Shown here in pieces: positions 14,014 through 25,959 of a stretch of DNA of 64,000 bases (position 1 is the first letter of the stretch; each line of letters starts with the position of its first letter). The stretch is from Octopus sinensis (Eukaryota), in NCBI RefSeq assembly GCF_006345805.1, contig NC_043024.1, positions 13,144,001 through 13,208,000 on the forward strand, given 5' to 3'. The translations under genes and the position numbers were made by a program. Below the pieces are notes generated by a model. The model was not told where the DNA came from and searched no databases. It saw only the letters and a list, made by a program, of their open reading frames with translations.

Positions 14014-14957
14014 TATATATGTATATATATATACAATGCACATACACACCATATATACACAGATATATATGTACACATATACATATATACACACACACAC
14101 ACCCCATATATACATATCTACACAAACACATACATATATAGATACACATATAGATACATACACATGTATATACACACATGTATATACCCACACATATACA
14201 TATGGCGGTGCCCCAGCATGGCCACAGCTCATAGGCTGGAACTGGAATCAATCAATCAATCAATCATATATATACACACACAAACATACCATATATGCAT
14301 GTATATACACACACATACCATATATACACAAACGCACATATACCATATATACATATATACACAAACAAAAACATACCATATAAACATATATACACAAACA
14401 CAGTCATATACCATATATATACATACATATATAGTTTGATACTTCTACCATTCCACATCCGTTCTGACACACCTGCTTCTTTCTGGCACAAAACAATGAT
14501 TTGCCTGTTTTAAGTGCTGCATATATCTTAGAGCATTTTTATGCCTGACAGATTTTCAAATTGATTTGACATTTGACTTTGTTGCTCTGAATCATTTTTT
14601 TTTTCGTTTCGTCACTTATACTTCTTATTTTATTGTTTTTGATGTTCATGTTGTTCTTCTTCTCCTCCGCTTACCCTTACTGCATTCTCTCTCTCTCTCT
14701 GTTATTTATTGCTTGTTCTTATATATTTTTTATGTTCATTTTACCAAATGCTATGAAGAAGCATTTTTCCATTAAGTGTGGCGGCCATATTTCTGAAGAA
14801 AAACATGCGAAAACCTTTGATTGACCATAAGTGTTTCGCCAAAGACAACCTGATCCCTTTGAGTGCAAACTGACGATTACATCAATGGTTCATATGTGTG
14901 CGGAATACACAGCCACGTAAGCTAAAATGCAATATGAATGTTGAAAAAGAAAACTTG

Positions 14958-15100
14958 GCACTCCGTCAGTTACGAAGGCGAGTATTCCATTTGATCCGAT
15001 CAACGGGACGGCCTGCTCATAAACTTAACATACAAGTGGCTGAGTATTCGACAGACGCAGAAACTCGTAACGTGATTCTCAGGGAGATTCAGCGTGAGAA
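14958..15100 (-). mobile_element. Family B SINE 3' fragment
   Basis: gcactccgtcagttacga...gatccgatcaacgggac...caagtggctgag matches the B1 tail; a second short piece lies at about 15255-15340. Confidence 0.7.
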
Positions 15101-17077
15101 GAAGGATGGCCCTTTCACATATCTGTACAACTCATGTTTACCAGGTGAGAGAACTGGAGCAACGGGACATGAAGTATTTTGCTCAAGTATACAAAGCTCC
15201 AGCAGGGAACGAACTCACGACCTTGCTATTGTCAGCCGAATATCCTCGAACCCTGCCGGTTAATACGACTTGGGTTCCAGGTGATCAGATCAACGGAACA
15301 GCCTTCTCCTGAAATTAACGTGCAAGTGGCTGAGCCCGTCATCTTCCCGAGAATTGACTTCCAGCATAGTTTCGGGTATACCAAATACATCTTGACTGAT
15401 GTCTGGTACACGGAAGAGAGAGCTGAATGTAGGATGTAGATACCGTCTTTGTTTTTGGGTGGCAGAGACTGCCACGGTTTTGCCCCGTCACTTAGATTTT
15501 CCGTCACTCTAGTGGAGTTCATTGTATTGTAAACAGAGAATGTATGTGTTAGCATGTCGACAAGCACTTCTATTCTCCCAACAAGAGCTAGATTGTGTCA
15601 TTTACAATAAATCAGCCGTGAGCATTCCCTGTGAAGTAGAACAACAAGGTCAGTTCATTGAGTTGATCGACGTGCAGCAAATAACTGTCAAAACCTGTCT
15701 GCCACACGTTACGCAGATAATCACTTTGAAAAATCAAAAAATATGTAAATTATCATAAAAAAAACATGCCTTTTGATAGAATTGTATCCGTAAGGATTAG
15801 ATTGCGTAACGCAATACCGATAAATATAAGCATATCTGAAAAACAAATCATTTATTCCATCATTCTGACGTTCGTGCAATTTACTAAACACTTTGAAACC
15901 ATTACATATTAATAACACAAGATCTGCCCAAATATTTATCATATTTGTTGCAATAATTTCTCTCCATGTGGTCCACAATTCCACATTTGCTATTTGCTTA
16001 CAATTTGGTTATTTCAACAAAACTCAATGGCATGCAACAGATATATGCCGTTTCGCCGTTCAGTTTGCAGCTAATTTTACCGAAATTATTCTAGATTCTG
16101 CCTAATATACCACATTATATTGTGTTACATAAAATCTCCTCCCACCTTCCACACACTCTATCTCTCTCTCTCATTTTGTATTTATCATTCTTGTTCTCCT
16201 TCGGTCTCTCTTATTTTCCCCTCTCTTCATTTTAAACAGTTATTTAGTTATTTTATATTCATTTTGCTCGATGGAGGAAAATATGTAAAGATACGTATGT
16301 ATATGTGTGTGCGCGCAAATGTGTATTTATTTACGTAGACCTGCTGTTTATCATATTTTACAATCATATATAACCACATTTATAGATACATATGTAATCA
16401 GAAATTTATACTTACACTCATAAAGATGCGCGCGCGAGTGCTGTGTGTGTGCGACTGCTTATTGGCACTAATTGGCGAAGGTAGGAACCAATTATCAGCC
16501 ACATTCTGCTCACTTAAACGCAGTCGGTGGTCTTATTGTTCAGCGGTAATCTAATGACAATACTCGCCATTTCTTTAGAACCGATATAAAACTAACGACA
16601 ATAATTTTCGCTGTTAACGCAGAATTATCGCAGTTTTTTTCGGCTTCTGTGAAGGAATAACAGAATGAAGGAATGGAAAAGAAAGAGAATAGAATGGAAT
16701 GAGCGTTAAAAAAATGGTAACTGACATGAATAAAAGTGCAGGTATCAGCTGTGGTCTTAAATTTCTTTTGCAACAATGTAATTCTGGATCGATCCCGCTG
16801 TGTATTGTTTTCGGAGAAGGACTTTCTTAATGAACAAACACACTTAAGTTTAATACACATTATAGGGGGAAGACTGTTTGGTGTTCAGCTGGCAACTGTG
16901 CAGAATAGTGTCGTATATACATACATGCACACTCTCATACACACACATAAATATATGCAGATGACTTAAAAATTTTTGGTGCGGAAGACAAGACTGTCTC
17001 ACAAAATGCAACGAGCAGAATGCATTTTGACTTAAGAAAATACCATAATACATAGGGGTTTTCGGTGCTACATTCTT

Positions 17078-17600
17078 TCCGATCCCATAACTATTGCAGT
17101 TTTTTTAATTGCATGAGTTAGAAGTCGGAGGGGGACTGGATAAACAACCTGCATCAACTTGCTATAAAAGCAGAATGTAATTTTACCTTGTACTTATTCT
17201 TAGTAAAAGTTTTGAAGAGTGCAGTTCGATTTTAAAAGCTATAATTTCAAAGCTATAATGGAAGTGACAAAGGGGCATATTCGGCATATTTTGCTTTAGG
17301 AGTTCAATAAAGGCAACAACACAAAAGAACGTGTGAAGAATATTAATGCAGTCTATGGGGATCAGATGATAATCATAAGCCAGTATCAACGGTGGTTCCA
17401 GAAATTCCGAGCCGGAAACTACAGTCTAGAAGATCAGCCTCGTCCTGGAAGATCTGTAGAGTTCGACGAGAAAGTCCTGCAAACCCAGTATCTTCTGCGC
17501 TTGATAGTTTTATAGAGAACCCATTTCTCGTCACCAGAGAATATTCCATTGAAAAGAACACGGGACGATGGCAAGATTGAAAATAAATCCGAAGAAATTA
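17078..17600 (+). mobile_element. Internally deleted mariner element
   Basis: From ATG 17258: MEVTKGHIRHILL*EFNKGNN...QRWFQKFRAGNYSLEDQPRPGRSVEFDE, the mariner N-terminal HTH region; this is followed directly by a C-terminus-like ...RWQD remnant. Confidence 0.8.
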
Positions 17601-17852
17601 GTGAGTTTGCAGGAGACTGGGTTATTCCATCAAGCAGCGTAGTAGGTTACTAACCAGACGGACCGATTCAATTCGTCTGAAGTTCTTTGATCTCGACCTC
17701 AAAGCGGACAGAAACTGGGACGAGGTTACAACCTGGGTGGATTACTCACTCAGAAATGATCAGAAAAGTCGAGCAGAGTTAGTGAATGCCTATATTATAT
17801 CTGTAATAAAAACCATGTAACCGTTCGTTTCTTGTGGACTGGACGCCTTCCG

Positions 17853-18115
17853 CTAGTGAGGCGGAACACGTTCGTGCCCACAAGAAGCAACAGGGCCTTC
17901 AGAATTCGTAGCACTCATGCCGCGTCTGCTGGTGCTGAGACATAATGACGCTATGTCACCAACACATTTTTCTGGACGCTGAGCTGCTGTGGTTTCGCTT
18001 TGTAAGACCTCTCTCCGCTGCTCCTCTCTTTGCCGCAGTTGCAGCCCTGGATGAAGAAAATACCCAAAACGGGCGCCTGACGCCCGAACTCTCGTCGAGT
18101 GTTCACCAGCCTCTA
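17853..18115 (-). CDS. Candidate terminal coding exon of an unidentified gene
   Basis: GC-rich unique island; strong minus-strand polypyrimidine tract with NAGNAG acceptor (cag/tag, 18118-18113); open frame to TAG at 17853; phase fits the donor at 18553. Confidence 0.25.
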
Positions 18116-18553
18116 CTGGTTGGTAGGAAGACAAATACATAAGAGAAACAAAGTAAACATGAAAACAAAAAGAGAAAAAAGGAGTGGCTTGTTCAGGATA
18201 ATTTGTTTCAAAGACAAGTTATTCCCAACACACACACACATACACTCACATGTATATATATATTATTTATATAAATGTAGACACGTAGGTATATTTACGT
18301 ATGCACACAGATATATGTGTGTGCGTATATACGACTGCGTGTATGTTTATGCGTAAGTGTTAATAATGTTATTTGTGGAAATAAGTGAATGCGTGTGTGT
18401 GTGTGTAAGAGTGTGTGTGTGTGTGTAAGAGTGTGTGTGTGTGTGTGCGTAAGTGTTGTATCTAATGGTAAATGTAAAAACAACGATGTTACTTAATGAC
18501 TGTTATCAAAGTTCTGTTAATGACCATGATAATATTTAATGATAAATAATTAC

Positions 18554-18701
18554 CGACATAATGGATGGATAAGGGGAGGAGGTGTCGGGATGGTGGAATA
18601 GAAATGAGGTGATCATCATCTACAACATCTGAATTAGCGTTGGTGCCATTGTTGTCCTGGTTATCACTACCGCAGCCGCCTTGAAGGCTAATTGACACCA
18701 T
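18554..18701 (-). CDS. Candidate upstream coding exon (phase 1)
   Basis: ATG at 18701, 148 nt open, donor G|GTAATT at 18553; joins in frame to the 17853-18115 exon. No homology recognised. Confidence 0.25.
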
Positions 18702-19369
18702 TAAATCAAAGGTTTGATCAGGGTTTTGCTCGTTTGTTTGGCCAGTCGAACAAATGTGTGGAGAAACGGCAGTTTTGGTTCATTGAGGGTTAGACACATC
18801 TTACAAGTAACGGGCAACTTTTAAAGTCAAACAGATTGAACAGACGCAGACATACACGCATCCGCGCGCACACAACAACAAAGACAAGGAGAATAACTAC
18901 AATAACAATTGTAAAATCGTCCGTATCGTTAACGGCGTAGGATTTGCTTTCGGATATGTAACAATGTCTCAACTGGGATTTGAACACGATACGCTAGATG
19001 ACTACTCCATGTAGAGAGTCTGACATTTATCAGCCGTACAGCTATTTCAGCCGAAAGGCTGCAATTTGGCGTCTCTTTCTAGCAAAATTAGTGTCCACAA
19101 AAAGTTCCGTTATATACAATATATGTATAGATTAATTTCTGATGGCATTTAGAAAATAATTAAGATTTGATTTAAATTACATGGCTACCTCAAGTAAGTG
19201 GTAATGTGTATATATCGACGGTTTGCAGTGAATGGACATTGTAAAAACTCTAGAAGACGGATTGAAAGTAGCATAACTATGCCATCAAAAGTAATGTTGC
19301 TGGAAGCAACCATCGTTGGTATTTGTTATTTATATATGAGAAGGTGTTTTCGTCACCTAGGGCTGGCAT

Positions 19370-19540
19370 TACTCATTATGTGTCAAGTTTGAAGAGTCTA
19401 TGACCATCTCGGGAACATAAGTGATGCATGTTCCCCGTATGAACGAAATCGGATGCAAAATATTGATTTTAGGGAGTGGGGTCAAGTAAAAGGCCTGTAC
19501 ACAAACACACACACCTTCCGTTTGTTGAATATAAGATAAT
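19370..19540 (+). mobile_element. Possible 3' part of a Helitron-like non-autonomous element
   Basis: gaacgaaatcgg...acaaacacacacaccttccgtttgttgaatataagata parallels the 3' end of 54608-54990. Confidence 0.3.
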
Positions 19541-19570
19541 ATATATATGTGTGTGTGTGAAGTATAAAGA

Positions 19571-19882
19571 AACCCTTTGCTCATCAATAACATTGGTGTT
19601 GCACCTAGAAGGTGCCCCTCCGAGGCACAAGTCCGGGCACGATTGTTTATGGAAGGCCAACAGTCGCCCATGCATACCAGCCTCCCTTTTCCAAACCACT
19701 GATGTTATCCAAGGGAAAGGAAAAGGGGGCTGATACAGCTTGGCATCATTGACATCGCTGCTCATATCTACAGCAGAGTGAACCGGAACAGCGCAAAATA
19801 AAAACACAACACACAGCTCGTTCCGGGAATCGAATTCACTTCCTCATGACTGCGAGCACGACGTGCTAACTACTGAACCATG
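19571..19882 (-). mobile_element. Family D SINE, decayed
   Basis: Colinear with 12151-12462 (gcacctagaagg...cgaggcacaagtccggg...gatacagcttggca...gggaatcgaattcac). Confidence 0.75.
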
Positions 19883-19969
19883 TTTCATATATATATATAT
19901 ATATTATTATTATTATTATTGCATAAGTACTTGATCATTCCAGATGCTGTGTTTTCAATCTTGTATATA

Positions 19970-20015
<46 letters not shown>

Positions 20016-20589
20016 TATCCATGTATGTATATATAATATATACAAGGTCTAAATACACAAACACAGCGTCTGGAATGATCAAGTACATATGTAATAATTC
20101 ATAGCGCAAAAAAATTTTTAAATACATTCAAACTTATGCGAAAAGAGGCAGAGAGGAAAATATATAAAAATAACTGCGAAGTTTCTTGCGATTTTACGCA
20201 GATAGGAGCAGACATTTTTGAATAATGAGTATTCTTGGTAGAGAAGGGTAAGAATTTTTTTAACGCTGCAATTCGAAAGGTTTTTTTTTAATGAATATTG
20301 AAGCAGCAGAAATGAAACCGCGTATTATTTATTGATAACATATTTCAGATATTTACATTTATTCAATAAATGTAAACATATATTTATCGATATCGATCGC
20401 GTTTTCGATGCGAAATAAAATCTAAAAGAAATCTAAATATGCGAGGAAAAGATGGAAAACTAAATAAATGTAAGGCTGTGGTGTATGTGTGTATACACAT
20501 ACACGTACATATACTTACATACATATATATGTATGCACATGTACATCATACATATGCAGGTATAAATGTGAGTGTGTATGTGTATATAT

Positions 20590-21085
20590 AAATAAATATA
20601 TATATATATGTGTATATATGAATAAATAAATATATATATATGTGTATATATAAATAAATAAATATATATATATGTGTATATATAAATAAATAAATATATA
20701 TATATGTGTATATATAAATAAATATATATATATATATATATGTGTATATATATATAAATAAATATATATATATATGTGACTATATAAATAAATATATATT
20801 ATATGTGACTATATAAATAAATATATATATATATATGTGACTATATAAATAATATATATATATATATGTGACTATATAAATAAATATATATATATATATG
20901 TGACTATATAAATAATATATATATATATATGTGACTATATAAATAAATATATAATATATATGTGACTATATAAATAAATATATATATATATATGTGACTA
21001 TATAAATAAATATATATATATATATGTGACTATATAAATAAATATATATAATATATATATATTATATATATATATATATATGTAT
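20590..21085. repeat. AT-rich minisatellite of about 30 bp
   Basis: Repeated tatataaataaatatatatatatatgtg(ac/ta), about 15 units of variable (TA) length. Confidence 0.9.
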
Positions 21086-21585
21086 AGGCAGAAACTCAGA
21101 CAACAACGTACGGATACATTTAGAAACACATAAACGATTTCGCTTTTAATACTTTGCCAATCAATATAATAATTTGTGTTTTGTAGTAAAAATGAAATTT
21201 ATTTTATTTCAGAATACGAGTTGAATAAGGTTCGAATCACCTACAAAATAAAGATTAAATATCATAGCAAAACAAACAGAAAGGAAATAAAATATGACTT
21301 CATTGTATTTCAGTGCAAGACTTCGTTATCGTGAACAAGATGTGACACACTGACACACACACACACACACACACACGCACAACTATAGTTCGAGGTGGAG
21401 AAGTAGATAGAGATATGTATGCAGATTAATGTTTGAACAATGATGGCAACGAGTTTATAGCGATATAGTTAAATGAGAAACAACAGCAATAACCTTTTAA
21501 ATATAGAACTGAACAGCAACAGCAACCAGAACAATAGCAAGACGAACGACAACAACAACAACAGATAGAACACAACAAGTTACGA

Positions 21586-22130
21586 AGGCGGCGGAAAATT
21601 GGCAGAATCGTTAGCACGCCAGACGAAATGCGTAGCCGTATTTCCTCTGCCGCTACGTTCTGAGTTCAACTTCCGCCGAGATCGACTTTGCCTTTCATCC
21701 TTTCGGGGTCGATTAAATAAGTACCAGTTACGCACTGGGGTCGATATAATCGACTTAATCCCTCTGTCTGTTCTTGTTTGTCCCCTCTATGTTTAGCCCC
21801 TTGTGGGTAGTAAAGAAATAGGTATTTCGTCTGCCACTACGTTCTGAGTTCAAATTGCGCCGAGGTCGTCTTTGCCTTTCATCCTTTCGGAGTCGATAAA
21901 TTAAGTACCAGTTACACACTGGGGTCAATATAATCGACTTAATCCGTCTGTCTGTCCTTGTTTGTCTCCTTTGTGTTTAGCCCATTGTGGGTAGTACAGA
22001 AATAGGTATTTCGTCTGTCTCCACGTTCTGAGTTCAAATTCCGCCGAGGTCGACTTTGCCTTTCATCCTTTTGCGTACTGGGGTCGACCTAATCGACCGG
22101 CCCCGTTCCCCAAAATTTCGGGCCTTGTGT
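21586..22130 (+). mobile_element. Family C SINE with 184-bp internal multimer
   Basis: Head ggcggcgg...tggcagaatcgttagc, B box gagttcaa; unit starts (c/g)gtatttc at 21637, 21821 and 22005. Confidence 0.9.
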
Positions 22131-22149
22131 TTTCAGCACAACGACCGGA

Positions 22150-22325
22150 ATATAAAGGGAAGGGGAGTATTCGATTACATGGCCCTCAATGTTTAACTGG
22201 TATTTATTTTATTGATTTGGCAATGGCGAAAAGCAAAGCCGAATTCGCGGAATTTGAACTCAGAACAAAGACGGTAGAAATACCGCAAAGCAATACGCCC
22301 GGCGTGTTAACGATTCTGCCAGCTT
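22150..22325 (-). mobile_element. Family C SINE, inverted relative to its neighbour
   Basis: gcggaatttgaactcagaac...gttaacgattctgccagct is the reverse complement of the family C head. Confidence 0.75.
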
Positions 22326-22642
22326 ATATTAATAGTTATTCTAACTTACGGCTGAGGACCAGGACATTTGAAGGTCGGGGTTAGTCGAATTTATCGAATT
22401 CAGTGTGTATTCTGTCCACCCTTGAAGGTTGAAAGCGAATATCGATCTCGATAGAATTTGAACTCAGAATGCAAACGGCCAGAATAAATATGGCCAACAA
22501 ATCAGTCTGTTTGTCGCCTGAACTAGGATAGTAATTGTGAAGTAAATCAAAGCGTGAATCTTAGTAACCAGAAAGAAATGGTATAAACAAAGACAAATAA
22601 AAAAAAAAGATAGGGAGAGGAATTTAGTACAAAAATATATAA

Positions 22643-23037
22643 GCAAGAGTGGCTGTGTGGTAAGTAGTTTGCTAACCAACCACATGGTTCCGGGTTCAGT
22701 CTCACTGCGTAGCATCTTGGGCAAGTGTCTTCTGCTATAGCCTCGGGCCGACCAAAGCCTTGTGAGTGGATTTGGTAGACGGAAACTGAAAGAAGCCTGT
22801 CGTATATATGTATATATGTGTATGTGTGTGTGTGTCTGTGTTTGTCCCCCTAGCATTGCTTGACAACTGATGCTGGTGTGTTTACGTTCCCGTCACCTAG
22901 CGGTTCGGCAAAAGAGACCGATAGAATAAGTACTGGGCTTACAAAGAATAAGTCCCGGGGTCGATTTGCTTGACTAAAGTCGGTGCTCCAGCATGGCCGC
23001 AGTCAAATGACTGAAACAAGTAAAAGAGTAAGAGTAA
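22643..23037 (+). mobile_element. Family A SINE, full length
   Basis: Colinear and highly similar to 13611-14013. Confidence 0.9.
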
Positions 23038-23287
23038 GCAATAAAACAAGAGACTTAAAGTAGGAAAAAAGCCTTCAGAAAATTTGGGAAAACTTATGAA
23101 AACATAAAACCGTTTCAGGTATTTCATCCGATGACACAATAGGAAATAACAAGAAATTGCAAAAGGAAATTGCGAGACTCTATTAAATTAGTCATGAATT
23201 GGTCAATGGATGTATCTGATAATAACAATCAATAACACATAAGGACGAAATATTTGGACAGGCTTTCAAATTATATTTACATTGGGG

Positions 23288-23319
<32 letters not shown>

Positions 23320-24519
23320 GTACACATATATATACACACACGTACACATATATATACACACACATACACATATATACATACACACGCACGCGCATGCACA
23401 GGTACACATGCATACACACACACACACATACATACATATTCACACATACATATTCGCACATACATATATACACATATACACACACATACATATGTATTTA
23501 TAAGCCTATCTACCCATGTACACACACACGCATGCGCATGTGTAACGGAATAAATAAGCAGAAGTTCAACAATTCTGGTAGATGAGTTTGGCCTATTTCA
23601 GTAACCAGGTAACTGGTTACTATAATAGACCAATAGTTGTCAACCATCGAAAGTGAAAGCGAAGAAATTGAAAAGTGGCCGGCAAACAGAAAAGATCCAT
23701 CTACTAAAATTTGAAAACTTTAAAAAAATAAGAAACTGCGAGGTGACAGGTTCGGTAAATAGTTCAATTAAACAACCTCCACCCTCCACCGAACCATTTC
23801 GTATATACTCAGTTCAAATCCTGCCTTGATCTGCAGGGGTTCCACTGTATCACATGTTCAGTTTTTAATGGAAGACTTTCTTAATTTTACGTACACAGTC
23901 ACATGAATTTCTGTTCGTATTTTCATTTCTCATCTTTTCATTTCCCCGTCAAGACTAGAATCGAATACTCTTTAAGTAAACGATTTACTAATATATTTTT
24001 ATATTTTGGTTAATAGTTGGAGAGCAATAAAATTTGAAATAATAGAAGTGGAAATAAAAATTAATATATTTAATGGAAACAGTTAAACAACCTATTTTAA
24101 ATGAAGAAAGATGAGAGCCAAATGAATTAGTTGGACATTCAATAAGTTGATTTAAAAACATACGGTTGATATTTAATTACAGACATTATTGAAACAATAG
24201 CATAAGCTTTATTATTTTGGATAGACGTCCAAACAAATCTTGAAGCAGTTCAGAGTTGTGCGTGTGCGTGGGTTCGTGGGTGTATTTCTATGCAAGGTAA
24301 AAGTATTCATTCTCTGATTTTCAATTAACCAATTTAAATCCATTTATTTTTTCTTTCAGTAATAATATCAAAACAATTTTTTGCTATATTTTACGCAATC
24401 TCGATTTGCACGCTCACTCCCAGGCAAAATCTACAGTGTGAAATTAAGGCCACCGATATCAGATAAAACCTTTTTATTCTTGATATCGTAAAGTTTAGGG
24501 TTAAAGTGTAAAGCTGTTT

Positions 24520-25235
24520 TTCTTTTCTTTTACTTCTTTCAGTCATTTGACTGCGGCCATGATGGAGCACCGCATTTAGTCGAGCAGATCGACCCCCAGT
24601 ACTTATTCCTTGTCAGCCTAGTAATTATTCTATCTGTTCTTTTACCGAACCGCTAATGTTACTGGGATGTAAACGCACCAGCATCAGTTGTCAAGCGATG
24701 TTGAGAGGACAAATACAGACACAAAAACATATATATATATATATATATCACGTGATCATGTGACCGACCAGGCTATCAGATGTTGCTATACATCGCTGGT
24801 CACAATGCGCTTTGCATTGTTTTAGCCTTCAAATCACGCCATCCCGCTGGCTGAGCAAGCAGGCCAACATAAGAAAGAAGGAGAGAAAGTTGTGATGAAA
24901 GAGTACAGCAGGGATCGCCCCACCTCATCCCGGCCGGAGCGGCGTAGAGCTTTAGGTGTTTTCGCTCAACACTCACAACGCCCGGTCTGGGAATCGAAAC
25001 CGCGATCTTACGACCGCGAGTCCGCTGACCTAACCACTGGCCCATCGCGCCTCCACACACTCACACATATATATATATGCGAAGGGCTTCTTTCAGCTTC
25101 CATCTACCAAATCCGCTCACAAGTCTTTGGTAGATCCGATCTTATATTAGAAGGCACTTGCCCAAGGTGCCAGGCAGTGGGACTGAACCCGGAACAACGT
25201 GGTTGGTAAGCAAGCAACTTACCAAACAGCCACTC
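24520..25235 (-). mobile_element. Family A SINE split by a nested family B2 insertion
   Basis: 3' half at 24520-24728, 5' half at about 25075-25235; the interruption lies in the internal (AT)n. Confidence 0.85.
24749..25056 (-). mobile_element. Family B2 SINE (B head, alternative 3' tail)
   Basis: Head gtggaggcgcgatgggccagtggttag...gtttcgattccc shared with B1; tail ...ggcctgcttgctcagccagcggg...ggtcggtcacatgatcacgtg is unrelated to the B1 tail. Confidence 0.85.
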
Positions 25236-25959
25236 AAGTGCAGACACGAATTTTGAAGAATCACAAATACAGTAACTGAAATTTAGGTAAAAAAACGTGA
25301 AGCTCCACTATATTTGATATCTTATTGAAATCAGAAGTATATTTTAGGCGCGCGCGAATGCGCGTGTATATATATATAACTATAGAAAATTCAGGATAGA
25401 AGCTAATTTCAGAGGTCGGTGTATATATTGATTCAATCCATTTCTAATTGTCGAAATTCTCCACAATATACAATGATGCGTTCTCCCATATGAAACATAA
25501 GAATTTATAAATATATATATAAACATACGAAGATTTATAAATATATAAACACAAACACAAATATAAATACAGAGACGTACTTGCGAGGTTTGATTGTCCG
25601 TATCAGAATCAAGGAGGAAAGTTGGTATCCATGAGGAGTCCTGAATAAGTGCAAAGTCTTACGGCTGTTTATATAATATATAGTTTGCTAAGGGCGCGCT
25701 AACTCCAACCATAGCAGCTATCTGTATTTCTCTCAGAGTTAAGGGATTCAATTAGTTGTTAAAATTTTAAGAGACATGAAAGCTGTGAGAATTTTTAAAA
25801 CAACGAATGTTTGGTCAGATCAGACTAGAATTAGAATTGCAGGTGTTCAGATACATTACTACACCGTAATGAATAGTATTTTAAGACGAATCCATAATAT
25901 GAAGGGGGTGACTAGATTAAAATCCAATTGGCTAATTATTTTGGGGGAAGAGTTTAAAA

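Noticed and set aside
17393-17401. WFQ peptide suggesting homeodomain helix 3
   Set aside because: Context QRWFQKFRAGNYSLEDQPRPGR is the mariner HTH, not WFQNRR.
17790-17855. UAG to UIG editing read-through adding 20 codons to the candidate ORF
   Set aside because: The ORF itself is unproven, no pairing structure was identified, and 20 open codons is unremarkable.
21637-22130. Regular repeats (184-bp units; also 28-bp x3 at 50161) as a CRISPR-like array
   Set aside because: No unique spacers, eukaryotic context, no cas genes.
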